Shown: positions 1-6,528 of the stretch, piece after piece
How the letters are laid out: each line of letters begins with the position of its first letter
Position numbering within the stretch: the stretch's first letter is position 1
NCBI GenBank assembly: GCA_025058425.1
Contig: JANXEG010000012.1
Span: 5,442-29,441, forward strand
Source of the DNA: Nitrososphaerales archaeon
GTDB lineage: Archaea > Thermoproteota > Nitrososphaeria > Nitrososphaerales > JANXEG01
Reading direction: 5' to 3'
DNA: 24,000 nt
The notes under the pieces: model-generated
What the model saw: the letters and a program-made list of their open reading frames with translations, nothing else
The model's database searches: none
Told to the model about the DNA's origin: nothing
Program-made: the position numbers and the translations under genes

Positions 1-1593
1 ATCTTCATCGCATCAAGTATCGACCCATATATAATTAGTAAAGGGGTCATCGGTGTTGTCAACGATTTCGGTGCCGGGATTACAAATAGATGGTCCTTAG
101 TAAATATGAGGATAGGTGAAGCCGTTGGTAAGAGTTTGAAGGTGGGGATGAAGCAGATCTATCAGAATTCTTGGAATCCGGTCAGAGGTATGACCGATTG
201 GTACGCTACACGAATCTGGTATGGAGTTTACGACCCTGCAACGTGGACCAACCCCCACACGGGCGATGTAATACCCGTTAGGGCTGAATGGAAGGTCGAA
301 ACTGCCGGTCCTAAGGGCAGGCTCAAAGTCCCCAGTGATGCCATTGTGTGGGATCCCTATGCTGATAAGTGGAAGAGTGTTGGTGATGGTGTTACCGCTA
401 CTAGCAAGGTCACCTTCAAACTCAAGTATAGTAATTGGCACCATGGCCAACCCATGGCGATGAGTGATCTTCTCTACTCGATCTACTTCTTCTTCGAATG
501 GGGGACGAAGGAGAGGGATGATGACCCTACATTCGATCCTGAATATACATCACAGGCTGAACCTATCGTTAAGACCAATAAAGGGATACGCTTCATCGAT
601 AAAGATACGGTAGAGGTTTATGTCGATTACTGGCACTTTGATGATAATTACATCGCCGATTACGCATCGGTATGGTCATCTACACCATGGGAGTTGATGG
701 CTGCGATGGAGAAGGTCGTGTTGAGTAAAGAAGCCGCTTTTTCACGTTCCGCGAGTAAGGCAGCGAATGTACCGTGGCTCTGCCAATTGATTAAGAGTAA
801 TGCGGAGATGATCAAGAAGAAGCTCATCGAATTCAACAATGAAGGGTTGATACCCGAGCCTTTGAAGAATCATGTATCTTTAAGTGAGGCAAGGCGAAGG
901 TATGAAGCAGCGATAAGTTGGATCGATCGGTACGGCCATGCGGTAATAAGTAATGGACCATACTATCTGGATAGCTACAACCCCGATGCGAGGACTATAG
1001 TTGTGAAGGTCTTTAAGGATCCAACGTACCCGTTCGAGCTCGGTACATGGAAGCACTTCCAGATTCTGAAGGTCGCGAAGGTTAAGAAAGTTGAAGTACC
1101 GACGGTGATAACGACCGATAAGCCAACTACGATAAGAGTATCGATCGATGTGGGAGGAGAGCCGAGCCACGATGCAGAAGTGAATTATAGAATCATCGAC
1201 CCTGAAGGTAAGACCGTTGAAAAGGGTAATGCAAAGCCTTCGGAGCCGATAGGCACCTTCACGATAGACCTTCCGAAGGAGCTTACATCGAAGTTGAAGG
1301 TAGGCTCTTACACACTAAGGCTATTCGCGATCAGTAAAAAAGCGATCAAGCCAGATATCTATGAGACGAGCTTCATCGTGGGCGAAGCGCCCAAACCGTC
1401 ACCAACACCATCACCAACCCCCACACCCATACCCATACCATCACCATCACCATCACCATCACCATCACCAACACCGACCCCAGCTCCCCCCGTTGTAGGG
1501 CCTGAAGTTATTATAAGTATAGTCATCTCGATGGTACTTGTGGTCTCGATTACACTATTGATGAGGAGAAAGCTCTACAGATCCAAAATTTAA
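1..1593 (+). CDS. ABC transporter substrate-binding protein, Opp/Dpp (family 5) type, 5'-partial
   Basis: Frame 1 is open from base 1 with no stop before the ATG at 106, so the gene begins upstream of the window. It lies directly upstream of two permease and two ATPase genes. The C-terminus carries a Pro/Ser/Thr linker, a hydrophobic helix (VIISIVISMVLVVSITLLM) and a basic tail (RRKLYRSKI). Confidence 0.8.
   Translation: MFIASSIDPYIISKGVIGVVNDFGAGITNRWSLVNMRIGEAVGKSLKVGMKQIYQNSWNPVRGMTDWYATRIWYGVYDPATWTNPHTGDVIPVRAEWKVETAGPKGRLKVPSDAIVWDPYADKWKSVGDGVTATSKVTFKLKYSNWHHGQPMAMSDLLYSIYFFFEWGTKERDDDPTFDPEYTSQAEPIVKTNKGIRFIDKDTVEVYVDYWHFDDNYIADYASVWSSTPWELMAAMEKVVLSKEAAFSRSASKAANVPWLCQLIKSNAEMIKKKLIEFNNEGLIPEPLKNHVSLSEARRRYEAAISWIDRYGHAVISNGPYYLDSYNPDARTIVVKVFKDPTYPFELGTWKHFQILKVAKVKKVEVPTVITTDKPTTIRVSIDVGGEPSHDAEVNYRIIDPEGKTVEKGNAKPSEPIGTFTIDLPKELTSKLKVGSYTLRLFAISKKAIKPDIYETSFIVGEAPKPSPTPSPTPTPIPIPSPSPSPSPSPTPTPAPPVVGPEVIISIVISMVLVVSITLLMRRKLYRSKI
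1387..1494 (+). repeat. Low-complexity Pro/Ser/Thr-coding tract containing a perfect (TCACCA)x5 hexanucleotide repeat at 1441-1470
   Basis: Read directly from the sequence: cccata cccata cca, then tcacca x5. It encodes PKPSPTPSPTPTPIPIPSPSPSPSPSPTPTPAPP. Confidence 0.9.
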
Positions 1594-1609
1594 TCCTTCA
1601 TGATATAGT

Positions 1610-2662
1610 ATGAGTTTAGGCAGATTCTTAATATCCAGAACCTTAAATATGGTATTGGTATTATTCGTTACAATCTTCATAACCATCGCCATAGTAGGTC
1701 CGGCGATGGATACAATTTTGAAAAGGTCCGTGGAGATCGAGGTTAAAGCATCAATCTTACAAAGTAAAGAGGTGATCGCCCGTTTTAGAGATCCGAAAGA
1801 GTTGGAGAATTATATACAATTGCAGGTGAAGAATGCTATCGAGAGCCTCGGTCTAAATGAACCCTGGTATTCGCCAAGGAGGCTATGGACAGTTATTTGG
1901 AGGCTCATCTCCTTAGACCTTGGCCAATCGTACTACCTAAGAAGTTTCAGCGGATCTGAGAGTGTGAAGGAGATCATTTTAGAAGCCCTACCCAAAACTA
2001 TACTGCTATTCACCACCGCTACAGTATTGAACTCGATCATCGGTATCCTATTGGGTGTCGCTGTAGCCCGTAGATCGGGTTTGCTCATAGATAAATTTAC
2101 ATCGACATTCGCGGTCGTTAGTACCAGCTTTCCATTGTGGTGGGTCGGTATGATCATGATCATCTTATTCGCTTACAACTTTAGAATCTTCCCGGCCAGA
2201 GCCACGCCTTTAATCCCTCCAACTGATCCGAACTACCCTCTAGCCCTCCTCTACCATATGATACTCCCTCTACTCACGTTAGTAGTTATAGGATTTGGAA
2301 GCTGGACTTACGTAGTTAGAAACCTTATGATCGGGATACTACAAGAGGATTACATTACAGTCGCTATGGCGAAGGGTACCCCGGAAAGGAAGATACTTTA
2401 CGGCCATGCGTTGAGGAGTGCAGCTCCACCGATGATCACGATGATCGCGTTGAGCCTCTCGGGATCTTTAGGTGGGGCGATCATTACTGAAGCAGTATTC
2501 GATTGGCCCGGTATCGGGAGGCTTTACTGGAATGCGGTAAGTGCATTGGATCTGCCCGTCATTATAGGCCTTACATACATAACGACCGTCGTATTCTTGA
2601 TCAGTATATTTATTGCAGATATTCTCTACAGCGTATTCGACCCTCGAGTGAAGGTCGGATAG
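1610..2662 (+). CDS. ABC transporter permease, OppB/DppB-like
   Basis: Polytopic membrane protein with a long loop after TM1 and a BPD-type permease core (e.g. TVAMAKGTPERKILYGHALRSAAPP). It sits between the binding-protein gene and the second permease gene. Confidence 0.9.
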   Translation: MSLGRFLISRTLNMVLVLFVTIFITIAIVGPAMDTILKRSVEIEVKASILQSKEVIARFRDPKELENYIQLQVKNAIESLGLNEPWYSPRRLWTVIWRLISLDLGQSYYLRSFSGSESVKEIILEALPKTILLFTTATVLNSIIGILLGVAVARRSGLLIDKFTSTFAVVSTSFPLWWVGMIMIILFAYNFRIFPARATPLIPPTDPNYPLALLYHMILPLLTLVVIGFGSWTYVVRNLMIGILQEDYITVAMAKGTPERKILYGHALRSAAPPMITMIALSLSGSLGGAIITEAVFDWPGIGRLYWNAVSALDLPVIIGLTYITTVVFLISIFIADILYSVFDPRVKVG

Positions 2663-4075
2663 ATGCATATGAACCTATTATCATCACTCAGATCATTTTG
2701 GGATGAATACAAACGTTATAGATTGGGCCTAGTCGGCCTCTTCCTCTTAACCATTCTGATCGTCACATCGATTCTGGCCATGATCCTCATACCGATCGAT
2801 ACATTTAAACAATGGCATAATCCTTCATACTGGACACGCTACCCCAAAGTCGCTCTACCAGCGTGGATAAATCATTTTACGATCAGCAAACTTCCCGAGC
2901 ATTTGATCCTCGATAGACCATTTGTAAAAAAGGGTAGCATCGGAGCAATTCAAACCTTCAACCACATCTATACCGTTCAATTTCATTATGATGACTTTCC
3001 AGACGATTTTATCTTCAACTACTTCGTGAAGTATAAAAGCATACCTCCCTTACTCGAAGTCTCTGTAAGTAGACCGGATGGCGATCGAATACTATTGATA
3101 AGAACCAGCCTTCCACCAAAACCCTATGGCTTAGATACTTACACATTTAACGGGTCGATCTATTCGACCGATCGGGCTATAAAGAGTAATGTAGCCCATT
3201 ATTTAAGTGAGCAGATCGGTACATCTGCGATCATAGATTTGGCACCTCAAAACGTAATCTTCTCGGAGAAGCCATTCAGACTCGATTTAAAATCCAGAGT
3301 TCTAAAGGGGACTTACGTATTCAATGTGACTTTTTACACGTTCGATCAAGACGATCAAGTAATATCGAGTGAGTTGATATTGGGAGGGAAGGTATTCGGC
3401 CTCCTTGGTACAGATGAATTGAGAAGAGATCTCATCATAGGGATACTGTGGGGCACACCGGTCGCCCTCTTTATAGGTTTATCGGTAGCGATTCTGGCCG
3501 TATTCGTAGGGATCGTTTATGGTGTCGTTAGTGGATACTATGGCAGAAGGGTAGATGAATTGATGATGAGGATCAACGATGTTATCTACTCGTTGCCCGC
3601 ATTGCCATTCTTGATCATCCTGGCAGTATCATTCGGTAAGAATATACTGCTCGTAGTACTTTATCTAACTATATTCGGATGGGTAGGTATAGCGAAGGTA
3701 GCTAGAAGTATAGCTTTACAACTCAAAACGTTGGCCTATGTTGAGGCGGTCGAGTTGATGGGTGCTTCTAGATGGAGGGTGATGTTTAGACATATAATGC
3801 CTCAGATCACTCCATTCGCACTCGCAAGTATAGCACTATCCGTCCCATCAGCTATCTTAGCGGAAGCGGGGCTCAGCTTCTTGGGTTTAGGAGATCCCAC
3901 TCTACCGACATGGGGCCAACTGCTTCACGATGCCCAACTCTACGGTGCTGCTGCACGAGGGATATGGTGGTGGATCATACCCCCTGGATTGATGATCGCC
4001 ATAACGGGATTGGCATTTGTATTCATCGGTATAGCGATGGATGCCGTGTTGAATCCGAAGATGAGGAAGGCATAA
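2663..4075 (+). CDS. ABC transporter permease, OppC/DppC-like, with enlarged extracytoplasmic loop
   Basis: The ATG directly abuts the upstream stop (tagATG). An N-terminal TM is followed by a roughly 190-aa non-hydrophobic segment, then the OppC-type motif LLGTDELRRDL and the permease core. Confidence 0.9.
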   Translation: MHMNLLSSLRSFWDEYKRYRLGLVGLFLLTILIVTSILAMILIPIDTFKQWHNPSYWTRYPKVALPAWINHFTISKLPEHLILDRPFVKKGSIGAIQTFNHIYTVQFHYDDFPDDFIFNYFVKYKSIPPLLEVSVSRPDGDRILLIRTSLPPKPYGLDTYTFNGSIYSTDRAIKSNVAHYLSEQIGTSAIIDLAPQNVIFSEKPFRLDLKSRVLKGTYVFNVTFYTFDQDDQVISSELILGGKVFGLLGTDELRRDLIIGILWGTPVALFIGLSVAILAVFVGIVYGVVSGYYGRRVDELMMRINDVIYSLPALPFLIILAVSFGKNILLVVLYLTIFGWVGIAKVARSIALQLKTLAYVEAVELMGASRWRVMFRHIMPQITPFALASIALSVPSAILAEAGLSFLGLGDPTLPTWGQLLHDAQLYGAAARGIWWWIIPPGLMIAITGLAFVFIGIAMDAVLNPKMRKA

Positions 4076-5044
4076 ATGGTAGATCTAAGGGTTGAAGGCC
4101 TTACAACTTACTTTTTTACAAGAAGAGGTATTGTAAAGGCCGTCGATAACGTATCATTTAACCTTAGAGACGAATCATGGGGAATAGCGGGAGAGTCAGG
4201 CTGCGGTAAAAGTACACTCGGCCTATCTTTGTTAAGGCTCGTACCACCACCCGGAAGAATTGTGAAAGGCTCGATGATCCTTGATGGTGAAGATCTGTTG
4301 GCGATGGATGAGAAGACCTTTCGAAGTAGAGTAAGATGGAAGAAGATCTCGATGATATTTCAAGGTGCGATGAATGCACTTAACCCTGTTTATCCTATAG
4401 GCTACCAGTTGGCTGAGCCACTTATCTATCATTATGGATTCTCAAAGAGTGAAGCTCTAAATTTCGTTAAGGATGCTTTAAAAGAGGTCAGATTGAGTCC
4501 GAGTTTGATCGATCGATACCCTCATGAGCTGAGTGGGGGTATGAAACAGAGAGTTGTAATAGCCATGGCGTTAGTACTCAAACCTAAGATAGTGGTGGCC
4601 GATGAACCGACCACGGCTCTAGATCTGATAGTACAAGCACAGATCATCAACCTGATGAAGAGGTTGAAATGGGAGTCGAAGGTATCGTTCATACTTATGA
4701 CACACGATTTGAGTATGATTTCAGAAATAGCCGATAAAGTAGCCATAATGTACGCGGGTAAGTTGGTAGAATCGGGTACTTCTGAACGATTGTATAGTGA
4801 TCCAAAACATCCTTACACCCAAAGCCTTCTATCCGCCATACCAAGGCTGAGAGGGGGTAAGAAGAAGTTAACATTCATACCCGGTTCACCACCAGATCTG
4901 ATCGATCCACCATCGGGCTGCAGATTTCATCCCCGATGTGTTCATGCCTTGCAGATATGTAGAGAAAGAGAGCCCCCTAGCATCGATCTGGGAGATGGTA
5001 CGATGGTATCTTGCTGGTTGTACGAAGGTGGTCAAACTCATTGA
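4076..5044 (+). CDS. ABC transporter ATP-binding protein, OppD/DppD-like
   Basis: Walker A GESGCGKST, signature LSGGMKQRV, Walker B VVADEPTTALD. The Opp/Dpp C-terminal extension carries 4 Cys (GCRFHPRC...C...C). The start abuts the permease stop. Confidence 0.95.
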   Translation: MVDLRVEGLTTYFFTRRGIVKAVDNVSFNLRDESWGIAGESGCGKSTLGLSLLRLVPPPGRIVKGSMILDGEDLLAMDEKTFRSRVRWKKISMIFQGAMNALNPVYPIGYQLAEPLIYHYGFSKSEALNFVKDALKEVRLSPSLIDRYPHELSGGMKQRVVIAMALVLKPKIVVADEPTTALDLIVQAQIINLMKRLKWESKVSFILMTHDLSMISEIADKVAIMYAGKLVESGTSERLYSDPKHPYTQSLLSAIPRLRGGKKKLTFIPGSPPDLIDPPSGCRFHPRCVHALQICREREPPSIDLGDGTMVSCWLYEGGQTH

Positions 5045-6054
5045 ACGGCTTTACGAATACGGATGGTGTGTTACTATCGGTAAAGGGCTTAAGAAAGTGG
5101 TTTCGAGTAAGAAGAAGTTTCATGGATTTCATAATGAGGCGGCCAGCACGTTATATAAGGGCTGTCGATAAAATCGACTTCGATATAAAGGTTAAAGAAG
5201 TATTCGTATTGGCAGGGGAGTCGGGTTGTGGTAAAACGACTACTGCAAGGTTGATCCTCAGATCTATAGAGCCTGATGAAGGGAGTATCATCTTCGATGG
5301 TATGAATGTAAATAAGTTGAAAGGTAGAGAGTTAAAAAGGTTCAGAAGATTGGCACAGATCGTCTTTCAAGACCCCTACGCCTCTTTAAACCCAAGGTTA
5401 ACAGTATTTGACTGTCTGTTGGAGCCATTGATGGTGCATAACGTTGAAGGGACAGGTGGTGAAAGGAAGGAGAGGGTTTATAAGGCGATGGAGGAAGTGA
5501 AGTTACTTCCGATCGAAAATTTTGAGCGCAAGTATCCACACATGCTCTCAGGTGGTCAAAGGCAGAGGTTGGCCATAGCTAGAGCCTTGATCTTAAGGCC
5601 AAAGTTGATAGTAGCCGATGAGCCTGTATCGATGCTCGATCTTTCGATCAGGGCTGAAATCCTAGACTTGATGATCGCGCTCAGAGATAAGTATGATATA
5701 ACCTACCTTTATATAACCCACGATCTTTCGACTGCAAGGTATGTAGGGGATAAAATTGCGATTATGTACCTTGGCAAGATCGTTGAAATGGGCCCTTGCG
5801 AAATCGTTCTATCCGATCCATTACATCCATACACTCAGGCCTTGATCGATGCAATTATAGAGCCAGACCCTACCAATAGGTTCAGAGAGAGAAAGGTACG
5901 AATAATGGGTGATATTCCAAATCCTTTAGAAATCCCTAAAGGGTGTAGATTACATCCAAGGTGCCCATACACCATGGAGAAATGTAGCCTAGTCGAACCC
6001 CCTCTTATAGAGTTTAAGCCTTCACACTACGTAGCCTGCTACTTATACTCCTAA
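5011..6054 (+). CDS. ABC transporter ATP-binding protein, OppF/DppF-like
   Basis: Walker A GESGCGKTT, signature LSGGQRQRL, Walker B IVADEPVSMLD, C-terminal 4-Cys extension (GCRLHPRC...C...C). The start is uncertain. ATG 5011 overlaps the upstream gene by 34 nt, and in-frame TTG 5041 or GTG 5068 are alternatives. Confidence 0.9.
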   Translation: MLVVRRWSNSLNGFTNTDGVLLSVKGLRKWFRVRRSFMDFIMRRPARYIRAVDKIDFDIKVKEVFVLAGESGCGKTTTARLILRSIEPDEGSIIFDGMNVNKLKGRELKRFRRLAQIVFQDPYASLNPRLTVFDCLLEPLMVHNVEGTGGERKERVYKAMEEVKLLPIENFERKYPHMLSGGQRQRLAIARALILRPKLIVADEPVSMLDLSIRAEILDLMIALRDKYDITYLYITHDLSTARYVGDKIAIMYLGKIVEMGPCEIVLSDPLHPYTQALIDAIIEPDPTNRFRERKVRIMGDIPNPLEIPKGCRLHPRCPYTMEKCSLVEPPLIEFKPSHYVACYLYS

Positions 6055-6064
6055 AACAATAAGA

Positions 6065-6301
6065 TCATCCTTTCTCTACGACGATCAATGTCGATGTGGA
6101 GCGTATTCCATGCATCTTTCTAATCCTATTGATTACAACATTCTTTAACTCCTCCAGCTCTTCGGTCTTCGCTTTAGCGATTATATCATAAACGCCGTAA
6201 ACGATGTGCGCTTCTTCAACACCCTTTATACCTTTCAATAGGTGTAAAACTTCTTTTTCTAAGCCCAATTCACAATTTATTAATATAAAAGCCTCGGGCA
6301 C
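6065..6301 (-). CDS. Stand-alone Lrp/AsnC-type ligand-binding (RAM) domain protein, no HTH
   Basis: 78 aa with the RAM-domain pattern (AFILINCE...EKEVLHLLKGIKGVEEAHIVYGVYDIIAKAK...HGIRSTSTLIV). GTG start at 6301. Confidence 0.7.
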   Translation of the reverse strand: MPEAFILINCELGLEKEVLHLLKGIKGVEEAHIVYGVYDIIAKAKTEELEELKNVVINRIRKMHGIRSTSTLIVVEKG

Positions 6302-6321
6302 AATCTTCCATTAACCTTAGG

Positions 6322-6331
6322 ATTTAATAAA
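6322..6331 (-). promoter_or_regulatory. TATA-like box (TTTATTAAAT on the minus strand) about 25 nt upstream of the GTG of the RAM-domain gene
   Basis: An AT-rich octamer-class element at the spacing expected for an archaeal leaderless transcript. Based on position and sequence only. Confidence 0.3.
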
Positions 6332-6498
6332 GTTGTTGTTAATTTTGTACAAGGGTTTGAATATCTATCTATCATCAAAAAGTGTAAGGAAGGGGGTTAT
6401 GTATTGCGATAAGAGATGAATAAGCAAGAATTAGTAAGATAGTAAGGAAGGTCATGGGGAGAGTGAAGGTTTTAGATGTTAAATCGGATCTCTACCAA

Positions 6499-6528
6499 TC
6501 TATACCATTCTATACCATTCTAGACCAT
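6499..6528. repeat. Decamer tandem repeat tctataccat x2 plus tctagaccat, with a degenerate tctaccaa at 6491-6498
   Basis: Read directly from the sequence. It overlaps the stop codon and last codons of the helicase gene. Confidence 0.85.

Noticed and set aside
1495-1593. A canonical PGF-CTERM or PEF-CTERM archaeosortase signal on the binding protein.
   Set aside because: The residues before the helix are VVGPEV, not PGF or PEF. Only the general tripartite layout fits, so it is reported as a hypothesis rather than a call.
5011-5044. The 34-nt overlap between the two ABC ATPase genes as programmed frameshifting or gene fusion.
   Set aside because: Both proteins are complete and normal in length. 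The overlap disappears if the second gene starts at in-frame TTG 5041 or GTG 5068, so this is simple start-codon ambiguity.
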